In this document: piece by piece, positions 1 to 9,632 of the stretch | How positions within the stretch are numbered: position 1 is the first letter of the stretch | Layout: every line of letters starts with the position of its first letter | Assembly: GCA_964342485.1 (NCBI GenBank) | Contig: CAYFFO010000009.1 | Span: 516-58,703 of the forward strand | Direction: 5' to 3' | Source of the DNA: an uncultured Dehalococcoidia bacterium | GTDB taxonomy: Bacteria; Chloroflexota; Dehalococcoidia; Lucifugimonadales; CAJWER01 | DNA: 58,188 bases | Translations under genes and position numbers: made by a program | Notes under the pieces: generated by a model | What the model was told of the DNA's origin: nothing | Seen by the model: the letters and a program-made list of their open reading frames with translations, nothing else | Databases searched by the model: none

Positions 1-133
1 TGGAAAGCCGGGCAGCTTTGGATGAAGGGCCGACTGATAAGGAACTTATACAGGCAACTAAGGCTTTGGAATCTGCGATGGAAAGCCGGGCAGCTTTGGA
101 TGAAGGGCCGACTGATAAGGAACTTATACAGGC
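1..133 (+). repeat. In-frame coding tandem repeat, 78-nt (26-aa) period
   Basis: 55-nt exact duplicate at 1-55 and 79-133, encoding ESRAALDEGPTDKELIQA twice. Confidence 0.9.
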
Positions 134-1043
134 TGAACATGCGCTTAGAAGCGCAAAAATGTCTAAAACCCTGGCAGCCACAAATTTTGACGAACTCGAG
201 ACAGGATATTTTGGAGCCGTTTTAATGTTTGGGAAAATTCCGGCATGGCGGAAATTTATATATGGAATGACGCCAGGACAAGATGTCCAGCAATTAAGGG
301 AAAATATTATAGCTTTAGGGTATGCGTCTCCTGGTATGGAAATGGAATCTGAAATATTTGATAAGGGTATGGAAGAATCGGTAAAGCGGATGCAGACTGA
401 TCTAGGGCTAATTGTAACGGGTACTCTTGATATCGGTGATGTAGTCTTTCTGAGTGGAACAACTTTAGTTGAATCTTCTGTCAATTTCCCAGTAATTGGC
501 TCCGAAATAGTGGGAAACAACAATTTACTTTCATTAACTCCCCTTGAAGTTATAGATAGCAAAATGGTAACAAATGAAAAGGTAACCACGACTTCTCGCT
601 CATCACAGGTGATAGAGACTTCTATAGAGGTCTCTGACCAAGATTTGATTTGGATAGGAGCAGAAGTAAGGATTGAACTTCCAGATGAGGATGTTGTTCT
701 CGGAAAAGTACAAAACATTGGGTCCGTGGCGATAATACCTCAGAGCAATCAAACAGGAGATCCATATTTTGAAGTTACAATTATTAGTCAATCTGATAAA
801 GATTTGCACCAATGGACAGGGGCTCCAGTTACGGTGTCGGTCACGAAAGAAATAGCGAAAAATGTCTTATCAGTTCCGGTGTCAGCTTTATTGGCGCTCT
901 TGGGTGGTGGTTATGGACTAGAAGTTATTGCTGATGGAACCACACGATTAATCCCTGTGGGAGTAGGTATTTATGCCGATGGTTGGGTCGAAGTGAATGG
1001 ACCTGAAGTAAGGGAAGGTACTCGTATTGTGTTGCCAAAATGA
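3..1043 (+). CDS. Membrane-fusion/adaptor-like subunit of a MacAB/YknXYZ-type ABC system with a peptidoglycan-binding domain (5' partial)
   Basis: Frame is open to the window edge. PG-binding-like segment (GQDVQQLRENIIALGY...SVKRMQTDLGLIVTGTLD) and MFP-like C-terminus (VLSVPVSAL...VGIYADGWVEV..G..EG.RIV). Directly upstream of an ABC ATPase and permease. Confidence 0.8.
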   Translation, partial: ESRAALDEGPTDKELIQATKALESAMESRAALDEGPTDKELIQAEHALRSAKMSKTLAATNFDELETGYFGAVLMFGKIPAWRKFIYGMTPGQDVQQLRENIIALGYASPGMEMESEIFDKGMEESVKRMQTDLGLIVTGTLDIGDVVFLSGTTLVESSVNFPVIGSEIVGNNNLLSLTPLEVIDSKMVTNEKVTTTSRSSQVIETSIEVSDQDLIWIGAEVRIELPDEDVVLGKVQNIGSVAIIPQSNQTGDPYFEVTIISQSDKDLHQWTGAPVTVSVTKEIAKNVLSVPVSALLALLGGGYGLEVIADGTTRLIPVGVGIYADGWVEVNGPEVREGTRIVLPK

Positions 1044-1062
1044 ATCTGATAACTCCAATATC

Positions 1063-1779
1063 ATGTATAAAAAACACACAAGTGAAATCGAATCAGCAGT
1101 AGAACTTAATAAAGTTAGTAAATTTTATCCGGGGACGCCTGTAATAAAAGCGTTATCAGATATTTCTTTATCAGTTAATAGCGGGGAATTTGTGGGTATA
1201 GTTGGTTCTTCAGGAAGTGGTAAATCAACACTTCTTCATGTGATTGGTACTCTTACCAGACCTAGTGAAGGTTCTGTGAATATTAATGGCTTGAATACTG
1301 CCGGTATGTCGGACAGTGATCTGTCTGGTTTACGCGCAAAATTTGTCGGATTTGTTTTTCAGGATTTTTTTCTGTTATCAGGGATATCTGCAAGAGAAAA
1401 TGTTGAACAGGGGCTTCTGTATTCTGGTGCACCCGCCAAGGCACGAAGAGAAAGATCTGAAATGATTCTTGAAAGAGTGGGTCTTTCTAATCGTATGGGA
1501 CATTTCCCAAATGAAATGTCCGGTGGTGAACAACAAAGAGTAGCTATTGCAAGGGCTCTTGTTCATAATCCTGCTTTTGTACTGGCTGATGAACCAACTG
1601 GCAACTTGGATTCTAAAAACTCTAATGCCATTATGGATCTACTCACCACTCTAAACAAAGATGGTGCTACTGTCATTTTGATAACTCATGACCTTGAAGT
1701 CGCTGCTCTGACTAAACGACAGATTGTACTCGAGGATGGGCGTATCAATAGCGATTCTAATTTCGTTTCACGTGAATAA
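1063..1779 (+). CDS. ABC transporter ATP-binding protein (LolD/MacB/YknY family)
   Basis: Walker A GSSGSGKS, signature MSGGEQQRVAIARAL, Walker B LADEPTGNLD, H-loop ITHD. Start uncertain (1027 or 1063). Confidence 0.93.
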   Translation: MYKKHTSEIESAVELNKVSKFYPGTPVIKALSDISLSVNSGEFVGIVGSSGSGKSTLLHVIGTLTRPSEGSVNINGLNTAGMSDSDLSGLRAKFVGFVFQDFFLLSGISARENVEQGLLYSGAPAKARRERSEMILERVGLSNRMGHFPNEMSGGEQQRVAIARALVHNPAFVLADEPTGNLDSKNSNAIMDLLTTLNKDGATVILITHDLEVAALTKRQIVLEDGRINSDSNFVSRE

Positions 1780-1782
1780 AAT

Positions 1783-2988
1783 ATGGTGAATACTAAACTA
1801 ATTTACAAAAGTAAGATAGGCTGGATAGATAGTTTCCGTGTAGGAAGTTTTGGGTTGCGATCTCGTAGATTACGATCAGCTTTGTCTGCCCTGGGAATCA
1901 CTATCGGTATTGCAGCTTTGGTAGGAGTTCTTGGTCTTTCAGCATCTGGTAGCGCTGATTTGATAAAAGATCTGGATGCTTTGGGTACAAATCTATTAAC
2001 AGTTGAAGCGGGGCAAGGTTTTGCCACCGGAGAAACGAGTTTGCCGGATGATGCACCAGCAATGGTTCGGAGAATCTCACCGGTTTATGATGTTTCTACG
2101 ATAAGTAGAGTGCCGGGTTCAGTTTATCGTAATGATTTACTCGATGATGGCCGTACAAAAGGTATCACGATTATTGCAGCAGATTTGAACTTAATCAATG
2201 TACAACGTGGAACTTTGAAAACTGGTATTTACCTCACGGAAGTAACTTCTCAATTTCCTATTGCAGTATTGGGTTCAGTTGCAGCTGAGCGCTTAGCTAT
2301 CGATGATCTATCTGCCAAACCAAGGCTTTGGATAGGTGACCAATGGTTTACTGTGGGAGGCATATTGGATCCATTGCCCCTTGCGGCTGATTTGGATAGA
2401 GCTGCAATCATTGGATACGGTTCAGCAGAAAAAGTATTTGATCACGAAGGAGATACAGATGTTATTTACGTCAGAGCATATCCTGAATTTGTTCAAGACG
2501 TTCGCTCTGTAATGGCAGCAACGGTTAATCCTGAGAAACCTGAAGAAGTTCAAGTTGGCCGCGCATCTGATGTTCTGGAAGCAAGAGCGGCAGCACAGAA
2601 TGCTTTTACTAGTCTTTTTGTAGGCCTTGGAGCCGTTGCACTTCTTGTAGGGGGAATCGGAATCGCTAATGTAATGGTGATTTCGGTTATAGAAAGAAAG
2701 AATGAAATTGGATTGAGAAGAGCTTTAGGAGCTACACGCTTTCACATAGGGACACAGTTTCTTACAGAATCTTTGATTCTAGCGTTGGTAGGGGGATTGG
2801 TTGGTATTATCACTGGTATAATCATCACTTTTGGGTATGCTATGTCGAGGGAATGGTCTCTTGTAGTGCCTAGTTACGCTATTGCTGGAAGTATAATATC
2901 ATCTCTTCTAATAGGAGGAATAGCCGGGTTTTATCCTGCATTTAGAGCAGCAAATTTGGCACCAACTGAAGCACTTAGAACTCGTTAG
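1783..2988 (+). CDS. ABC transporter permease, MacB/FtsX (YknZ-like) family
   Basis: RSALSALGITIG N-terminal TM, large extracytoplasmic domain, GGIGIANVM..SVIERKNEIGLRRALGA motif, C-terminal PAFRAANLAPTEALR. Confidence 0.93.
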   Translation: MVNTKLIYKSKIGWIDSFRVGSFGLRSRRLRSALSALGITIGIAALVGVLGLSASGSADLIKDLDALGTNLLTVEAGQGFATGETSLPDDAPAMVRRISPVYDVSTISRVPGSVYRNDLLDDGRTKGITIIAADLNLINVQRGTLKTGIYLTEVTSQFPIAVLGSVAAERLAIDDLSAKPRLWIGDQWFTVGGILDPLPLAADLDRAAIIGYGSAEKVFDHEGDTDVIYVRAYPEFVQDVRSVMAATVNPEKPEEVQVGRASDVLEARAAAQNAFTSLFVGLGAVALLVGGIGIANVMVISVIERKNEIGLRRALGATRFHIGTQFLTESLILALVGGLVGIITGIIITFGYAMSREWSLVVPSYAIAGSIISSLLIGGIAGFYPAFRAANLAPTEALRTR

Positions 2989-3036
2989 TTGTAAGTATTG
3001 TTATTTTAAAATAATAAGTTTGTTATAGTCTGATAG

Positions 3037-4278
3037 GTGGATATATCCAAGATGGTTAAGAACAAGTCATGTACACGGGAAACAATAAATCAGTTTAAAT
3101 GGCATGTATTGTCCCTACTAATGTTAGCGGTTGCTATTAGCTGTACGACAGAGGATTCAGATGATTTATCCAACGATACTGCATCAAATTTTGCTAACAA
3201 ATCTTCAGTAAATAAAATCGAATCTGAATCGACTACTCCTGTTCCGATAATTCCCACAAGTATCCCAACAAATACTCCGGTGCCTAATACTCCCGTATCT
3301 GCTACGTTAGCCCCTGATACTAAAGATAAATCAGTAAATGAAAAGCCTTCTATAAACCTATTTGATGCAATTGGGCAACAGGATTTAGATTCTGTTAAAC
3401 AGCACATGGATTATGGAACGGATATAAATCAGCTGTTTATTCCCGAAGGATACCCTTTTCCTGGTGCTTCTCCTTTGCATTTAGCAATCCTTACAGGTAA
3501 TAAAGACATTGTACGATTGTTGATAGATAGCGGAGCTGAAAAGGAAATTCAAGCCAAAAATCAAGAGGGTGGAACACCATTACATTGGGCCGCATTTTTT
3601 GGCATAAAGAATATGGTTGAATTTCTTGTTGAAATCGGATCTGACATAAATGCTATTGATAATGGTGGATGTACCCCAACCTGCGCATCGAGTATTAACA
3701 ATCCTTTTGCTGATCAAAATAATGAAACTTTCAAGGCAAATAGATTATTGATTAAACAATTTTTGATAGGAAAAGGTGGGCAGGTAGACAGTGGAGTCAC
3801 TGGTAAAGTTTCTGGATCCAAATCAGGTGTGAAACCCCCTCAAATTAGTGTATTTGATGCCGTAGGTATGGAAAACATTACTGTTGTGAAACAACATATG
3901 GATTATGGCACCGATCCTAATTCTTTTGTTCCTGAAGGATTTCCCTTGGCAGGAGCGTCTACATTACATATAGCGACTCTCACAGATAATACTGATGTAA
4001 TTAAAATACTTCTCGATGGGGGAGTAGATATAGATGTAAAAGCTAAAGATGATTTTGGAGGGACTCCCTTACAGTGGGCGGCATTTTGGGGAAAACCAAA
4101 AGCAGCAAACATCTTGATTGATTCGGGAGCCGATATCGATGCTGTAGACGATAATGGATGTTCTCCAAAATGTTATCTGACTATACCTAATGACTTGCTG
4201 CAAGAAGAATACCAGGCAGCTATGAAGGAAGGGCGTAAAATAATCTTGGGATTACTTAACGATAATGGAGCTAAGTAG
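3037..4278 (+). CDS. Ankyrin-repeat lipoprotein with an internal two-module duplication
   Basis: Lipobox-like LAVAISC, Pro/Thr-rich linker, ankyrin motifs (GASPLHLA, GGTPLHWAA, GGTPLQWAA, GADIDA). Start uncertain. Confidence 0.85.
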   Translation: MDISKMVKNKSCTRETINQFKWHVLSLLMLAVAISCTTEDSDDLSNDTASNFANKSSVNKIESESTTPVPIIPTSIPTNTPVPNTPVSATLAPDTKDKSVNEKPSINLFDAIGQQDLDSVKQHMDYGTDINQLFIPEGYPFPGASPLHLAILTGNKDIVRLLIDSGAEKEIQAKNQEGGTPLHWAAFFGIKNMVEFLVEIGSDINAIDNGGCTPTCASSINNPFADQNNETFKANRLLIKQFLIGKGGQVDSGVTGKVSGSKSGVKPPQISVFDAVGMENITVVKQHMDYGTDPNSFVPEGFPLAGASTLHIATLTDNTDVIKILLDGGVDIDVKAKDDFGGTPLQWAAFWGKPKAANILIDSGADIDAVDDNGCSPKCYLTIPNDLLQEEYQAAMKEGRKIILGLLNDNGAK

Positions 4279-4408
4279 ATTGTAGATTCAGGTTATATGT
4301 TTACAGGATACGTAATCAAGCGAGTTTTTATTTCACATAGCTTCCGTTCCAATTTATCTAACCTAAAGTAAAATATAGTCAGTTGCGATAATACTGTTAA
4401 TTCTAATC

Positions 4409-4894
4409 TTATCTTTTGAAAAGGCCCATAAGGGTGCTTTCTTGAATTTTGTTTGCATTAACCATGAATCCGACTACTGCTGCTGAAGTGTCAGGTTCCA
4501 CCGGAATAGAATCAACAGACAGACAAAATATAGTAAAAATATATCTGTGAGGATGAGAGCCTTCAGGAGGACATGGCCCTCCGTAACCAGGTTTACCAAA
4601 ATCGGTGCGAGTTTCCAGAGCACCGTGAGGTAGTTTACTAACTCCTTCTTCAATTGAATTCACCGTAGGGGGTATATTTACAATCAGCCAGTGCCAGAAT
4701 CCGCTGCCGGTGGGTGCGTCTGGGTCATAGCAGGTTATTGCCAAAGACTTGGTTGAGTCGGGCATACCGAACCAGTGAAGTTCTGGAGATATATTGTTAC
4801 CGTCACAACCAAAGCCGAACTCCGAACTCAGACAATGTTTAGTTGATAAATAGTCACCGTCGTTAAAGCTGTTGCTAAGGAGATTAAATTTCAT
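4409..4894 (-). CDS. YbhB/YbcL family (PEBP / Raf kinase inhibitor-like) protein
   Basis: YDPDAPTGSGFWHW and GYGGPCPP..HPHRYIF motifs. Confidence 0.93.
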   Translation of the reverse strand: MKFNLLSNSFNDGDYLSTKHCLSSEFGFGCDGNNISPELHWFGMPDSTKSLAITCYDPDAPTGSGFWHWLIVNIPPTVNSIEEGVSKLPHGALETRTDFGKPGYGGPCPPEGSHPHRYIFTIFCLSVDSIPVEPDTSAAVVGFMVNANKIQESTLMGLFKR

Positions 4895-5081
4895 GCTGGT
4901 TCTCCATCGGAATATAATCTGTTTAAACGTGGATCACACGACAACTATACTACTATATTTTACATTCACTAAAGGTCATATACCAAGTATGTAGAATTTG
5001 CTATTTAAAAATCAATCCAGACGGTGCATAATTAAATTGAATTATGGTAGGATTTGCTTCATCTCAAAGAAAGGGATTGGA

Positions 5082-5465
5082 ATGTATAACGTAGGTCTGT
5101 TTTTACATATCATTACTGCTATGATTATTGCCTATGTGGTGTTGCACGGCCTATTGAAAAGTGTATTTAAATTGCATTCAAAGCAGCTCAGAATTAATAT
5201 GATTTTGTTGCCATTAATGAGCTTGTTGTCCCTTACTTCAGGATATTGGGTTATCGAAGCAGCAAATTTTGATCATGCAGATTTGTGGATTACACTTTCA
5301 TATTGTTTACTGATAGGGTTAATTTTGATCAATGAAGTTTTATTGAGAAGAAAATTAATTAAATATAGAAAGAGAAACGCCATTACGATAAATGTTCGTA
5401 CTGAATATGGATTGATGACACTGATTACAGTTGGACTTATATTTCTGATGGTATTTAAACCTTAA
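5082..5465 (+). CDS. Small integral membrane protein (DUF2269-like)
   Basis: Four hydrophobic segments, N-terminal FLHII and C-terminal LMVFKP. ATG 5082 preferred over the ORF-track start 4998. Confidence 0.6.
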   Translation: MYNVGLFLHIITAMIIAYVVLHGLLKSVFKLHSKQLRINMILLPLMSLLSLTSGYWVIEAANFDHADLWITLSYCLLIGLILINEVLLRRKLIKYRKRNAITINVRTEYGLMTLITVGLIFLMVFKP

Positions 5466-5670
5466 TAATCAATCACGTTTTTAGCTAATTAAAGAAACCA
5501 CGTAGGTTTGTAAATCAGATAAAGAAATAATGTAAGATAGTTTGCATATAGACAATATGAAAGATATTAATCAATAACTTTGAAATTCTTTTAGTAAAGT
5601 ATACAATTCGTATAGTTTATAAAGAAAAAGATTGTATAGCACGATGGATATTGAAATAGGAGGAAAATCG

Positions 5671-6180
5671 ATGCAAGAAGGTGTGAAGTCGAATAGGCGA
5701 TTTCAACTGAGTCCGATATTAGGTGTTTTGGCACTTTCCTTGTTGCTTAGCACTTTGATTGCATGTGGAGGAGGAGGAGCTGAGACAGACCTGGTTTTGG
5801 GAGAAACAGAAAAAGCTGATGCAATTGAAACAATTCTTGCTAAGGGGTTTTCTAGTTCGGATCATGCTGGCAAATTTGGAGCTATGCTTGCAACAATTAC
5901 ACAAGAAGGTGCAGACGTAAAATTGATATTGATAATAGATTCTACTGAAGCACATTTTACCAAAGAAATTGGTAGGGAAATGGCGACCGAATTTGTAAAG
6001 GTGGTTAAGAATGCTGGTACAGATGAACCAACTGGTACAGAAATCGGCAAAGGGATATTTAATTATTCAGTGGGTGTCTATTACGACGATATAAGTAATC
6101 CAGATAAAACCTATGTGAATCCAATCAGAAAAATTGTTATTGGTGAAAAGAAAAGCAATTCTAAGAATATAAAATGGTAG
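5671..6180 (+). CDS. Hypothetical lipoprotein (paralog of 10178-10735)
   Basis: AGGAGG RBS before ATG 5671, lipobox LIAC-GGGG, strong similarity to the second copy. Confidence 0.8.
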   Translation: MQEGVKSNRRFQLSPILGVLALSLLLSTLIACGGGGAETDLVLGETEKADAIETILAKGFSSSDHAGKFGAMLATITQEGADVKLILIIDSTEAHFTKEIGREMATEFVKVVKNAGTDEPTGTEIGKGIFNYSVGVYYDDISNPDKTYVNPIRKIVIGEKKSNSKNIKW

Positions 6181-6372
6181 GAAATTTCATTAAACACACC
6201 AATGAAATTTTATGTTTTGTGGTGTTGATCTAGAACTTAGTAGAAAAAATGGGTTGTTAGTGTTTATTTCTAACTTCCCTTGATAATCTCCAATATTCTG
6301 CCAATTGAGACTACAAAATATACGTTTAACAAAAAAGATATGAAATGTTGAAAGTCGAAATTGGAGGTCTGT

Positions 6373-7299
6373 ATGAGGACAGCGGTTTTTGGAGCCGGAG
6401 GCATTGGTGGATACCTGGGAGGACGGCTAGCTGAAAGTGGAGAGGAATTAGTTGTCATTGCGCGTGGTGCCCATCAAGAATCAATAGAAAAACAAGGCCT
6501 AAAAATAGATAGCATTAATGGGGATATTGTAGTAAATCCACAGATTGTTACCAATGATCCATACAAGGCTGGTAAGGTTGAAATTATAATCCTCGGTGTT
6601 AAAGCCTGGCAGGTAGCTGAAGCAGCGAAAGCAATGGTTCCTATGATGACTTCGGATACCATTGTTATTACTGTTCAAAATGGTGTCCTAGCTCCAATTG
6701 AATTGGCTGAGCATGTTGGGGCGAATCATGTTGTGATCGGTCTGTGTATGTTACGGAGTTTTATTGTAGGACCGGGACATTTAAAACATTCTATGGACGT
6801 TTACCCCAACGTGCAGTTCGGTGAAATTGATGGAAGTCAGTCTGAGAGAATAATGGAACTAAAAAACATTTTTGAAGGAGTAGGTTTATCGGTTGTTTTA
6901 CCAAAAGATATTAATGTAGCTCTCTGGGAGAAGTTTTTAGTTTTTTCTGTAGCTAGTGCGATGGGAGCATTAACACGGTCCACAACAGGTGTATGGAGAA
7001 GCATGACTGAGACAAGAAAAATGGCAGAGACTCTGGTTACAGAGATAGTTTCTGTAGGAAAAAGTCGTGGAATAGACTTATCTGACCAGACTATAATTGA
7101 AACGATGCTTCTTTTAGATACCTGGGATCACAACCATACCACATCAATGGCAAAAGATATGATGGAGGGAAGACCTTCTGAATTAGATGCAGCAATTGGA
7201 AATATAGTAAAATTGGGTATAGAAAAAGACGTGGACGTGTCATTAAATAACCTTATTTACAATACCCTTTTACTACAAGAAAATCAGGCTCGCCAATAA
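6373..7299 (+). CDS. panE: 2-dehydropantoate 2-reductase (ketopantoate reductase family)
   Basis: GAGGIGG Rossmann motif, VKAWQ, QNG, LWEKF, TTSMAKD..EGRPSELD. GGAGG RBS. Confidence 0.88.
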   Translation: MRTAVFGAGGIGGYLGGRLAESGEELVVIARGAHQESIEKQGLKIDSINGDIVVNPQIVTNDPYKAGKVEIIILGVKAWQVAEAAKAMVPMMTSDTIVITVQNGVLAPIELAEHVGANHVVIGLCMLRSFIVGPGHLKHSMDVYPNVQFGEIDGSQSERIMELKNIFEGVGLSVVLPKDINVALWEKFLVFSVASAMGALTRSTTGVWRSMTETRKMAETLVTEIVSVGKSRGIDLSDQTIIETMLLLDTWDHNHTTSMAKDMMEGRPSELDAAIGNIVKLGIEKDVDVSLNNLIYNTLLLQENQARQ

Positions 7300-7363
7300 A
7301 TTCACATTAAAAATATACTTTAACTATTGTAACGTGATGGTAAAATTGGTTAGCTACCGTATT

Positions 7364-8110
7364 CTAAGAGGTATCCTCAGGAATAGTCCGGCGGTAAAGA
7401 CGACCACCAGGTGCAGGCCTATGATTTGCAGGATGGAAATTTTCTACTTCACTGTCATACCTTACTTGGCTCATCGCAATCGACCCACCGTCGTCGAACT
7501 GGATTGTCGGCTCACCACCAGGATGTTGACTATCTATAATTTCTGCGCGAGATGAAGCCAAAAGGTCTATTAACATTGTTCGGTAGGGTTGGGGAGGAAG
7601 CCAAGCTTGATAGTCCAACTCTACTTTCCCTTTATATGAATCAATGTCATCTCCATCTAGTACCCAGGGTCGATCTCGTTTGATCTCTAAGAAAAGCCGG
7701 TTGAACTCCAGTGCAAGCTCCATTCGAGCTCGAAGTTCATGTTCCAGCGAACTGGCCACAGAACGAATATCTTCAGCAGCATTACTAATATCGGCCACAT
7801 CAGTAGCCCCGTAAGGCTGATTTGATTCCATGGCTTCTTCCATAAATTTCATCGCTGTAATAGCTGGGTCAATAACAGTTCTAATTTCTTCTTCGAGACG
7901 TCCCATCGCAGCCCGTACCCTATTCCTGTAGTCATCATATTCTCCTATGCGCTCTTGCATACCGTTAAGCATATACATAGCATCTTCAAGAAGAGGCTTG
8001 ATGACGGCGATTGGGTCTCGGGCCACAGTCTCATGTTCTTCATGATGAAGTCGCTTTAATTCATCCATCGTTCCACATACATCGCTAAATCGTGTTTGCC
8101 GCGATTTCAT
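7364..8110 (-). CDS. Hypothetical protein (helical/coiled-coil N-terminal two-thirds)
   Basis: 248-aa ORF with GGAG RBS and natural composition. No family recognised. Confidence 0.75.
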   Translation of the reverse strand: MKSRQTRFSDVCGTMDELKRLHHEEHETVARDPIAVIKPLLEDAMYMLNGMQERIGEYDDYRNRVRAAMGRLEEEIRTVIDPAITAMKFMEEAMESNQPYGATDVADISNAAEDIRSVASSLEHELRARMELALEFNRLFLEIKRDRPWVLDGDDIDSYKGKVELDYQAWLPPQPYRTMLIDLLASSRAEIIDSQHPGGEPTIQFDDGGSIAMSQVRYDSEVENFHPANHRPAPGGRLYRRTIPEDTS

Positions 8111-8269
8111 TTATTTCTCCAAGATTCCATCAGGATTTGTTATTGTGACAGTCCAGTCACCATGAACTTTGATTCCTTCCCTGGATGTATCACTTGAAGG
8201 TGATATCCATGCACATCCAGTACCAAGTGCCAGTAATACTATGAATGAAATAACAAGAATCTGTTTCAA
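8111..8269 (-). CDS. 52-aa putative lipoprotein or truncated lipoprotein remnant (not in ORF track)
   Basis: GGAG RBS + TTG. Translates MKQILVISFIVLLALGTGCAWISPSSDTSREGIKVHGDWTVTITNPDGILEK*. The stop directly abuts the ATG of the next gene. Confidence 0.6.
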   Translation of the reverse strand: MKQILVISFIVLLALGTGCAWISPSSDTSREGIKVHGDWTVTITNPDGILEK

Positions 8270-8599
8270 TAATCGTTCTCCAAAAAAAGATTGGTCCAGT
8301 AATTATAAAGAAAATGTTAAGGACAACAACTTAGTGGGTCTGGTTTTCGTGGTTGTTTTTGATGAATAAAACCCTGTATGGCGAAAACATAAAAAAGCCC
8401 TCAACGTCTAGAAAACGTCTAGACAATCTTGATCTATCGTGAACAATAATAAACAATAAACCGACATTTTAGATACGAATTTGGATAATATTAGGAAATC
8501 TAAATGACCCAGAATTTAACTAAAGGTTAAAGCAACGATTATTCTAGAAATTCCAGCTGGTATCAGGACTTGGATTAAATATATAAAAACACAAAATCT

Positions 8600-9601
8600 T
8601 TAATTTTGAGTGTATTTAATCCTAGGGTCTACAACAGCTAAGAGAACGTCAGAAATTAATGTGCCGACCACTGTCAGAGCACCAGCTACGAAAATTATAA
8701 AACCAGCCAAATATACATCCTCCGATACAATTGCTTCTAGAAGCAACGGTCCCATAGTGGGTAAGCTAAGCACAACTGAAACAATTATGCTTCCACTTAC
8801 CAAAGACGGTAATAAATACCCAACTGTACTTATAAGAGGGTTTAAAGCGACCCTGACTGGATATTTGAGTATTACTGACAGTGGGCGCATACCTTTTGAT
8901 CTTGCAGTGACGACATAAGGTTTACTCATTTCATCAAGTAGATTGTTGCGCATAACACGGATTAGCCCGGCGGTACCGGAGGTTCCCAAAACTATTGCAG
9001 GGATCCATAGATGAGCAATGAGATCTTTAATTCTGCCAAGATTCCAAGCAGCATCAGCGTAATCAGCTGAATTGAGGCCTCCAACACTCTGGTCAAAATA
9101 TGCGAAAGCAAGGTACATCAAAACCAGACCTAATAGAAAATCCGGAACAGCTAAACCAGAAAAGCCAATAAAAGTAAATACGTAATCTCCGACTGAGTGC
9201 TGTCTGATTGCAGAATAAATACCTATTGGGATCGCAAACGTCCATGTGACGATTGCAGTAAATGCTGCAAGTACTACAGTAAGCCAGAATCTATCCTCAA
9301 GGAGTTTCTTTACGGGTTCGTCCACTTGATATCGGTACTGGAATGATAAACCAAGATCACCTTGTGCCATGTTAAACATCCATTTTAAATAACGGACGTA
9401 CTGTGGCTTGTCTAGTCCAAGGTATGTTCTTAAGACTTCCATACGTTCTGGATCTGGAACCTGACGCCTAGCCTCAGTTATTTCCTTGAATCTATCTATT
9501 TGATCACCGGGAGGAATCTCAATTATAAAAAATGCCAGCCATGATATGGCTATTATTGTTATAAAGCTAGTAACAACTCGGCCTATTAAATACCTAATCA
9601 T
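8600..9601 (-). CDS. Peptide/nickel ABC transporter permease (OppB/DppB family), orphan
   Basis: IPPGD, GLDKP..VRY.KW..GDLG.S, EAA-like loop DEMSKPYVVTARSKG, C-terminal VDPRI. Confidence 0.92.
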   Translation of the reverse strand: MIRYLIGRVVTSFITIIAISWLAFFIIEIPPGDQIDRFKEITEARRQVPDPERMEVLRTYLGLDKPQYVRYLKWMFNMAQGDLGLSFQYRYQVDEPVKKLLEDRFWLTVVLAAFTAIVTWTFAIPIGIYSAIRQHSVGDYVFTFIGFSGLAVPDFLLGLVLMYLAFAYFDQSVGGLNSADYADAAWNLGRIKDLIAHLWIPAIVLGTSGTAGLIRVMRNNLLDEMSKPYVVTARSKGMRPLSVILKYPVRVALNPLISTVGYLLPSLVSGSIIVSVVLSLPTMGPLLLEAIVSEDVYLAGFIIFVAGALTVVGTLISDVLLAVVDPRIKYTQN

Positions 9602-9632
9602 AGTGAATTCCAGGTAACCATAGTGAATTCCA
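9599..9632. repeat. 14-bp direct repeat spanning the permease start codon
   Basis: CATAGTGAATTCCA at 9599-9612 and 9619-9632. Confidence 0.8.

Noticed and set aside
1-133. Possible CRISPR repeat-spacer unit
   Set aside because: Only two copies, 55 nt long, in frame within a protein, and no cas genes.
8169-8369. 66-aa plus-strand ORF
   Set aside because: It is antisense to the better-supported 52-aa minus-strand ORF and has no RBS or motif.
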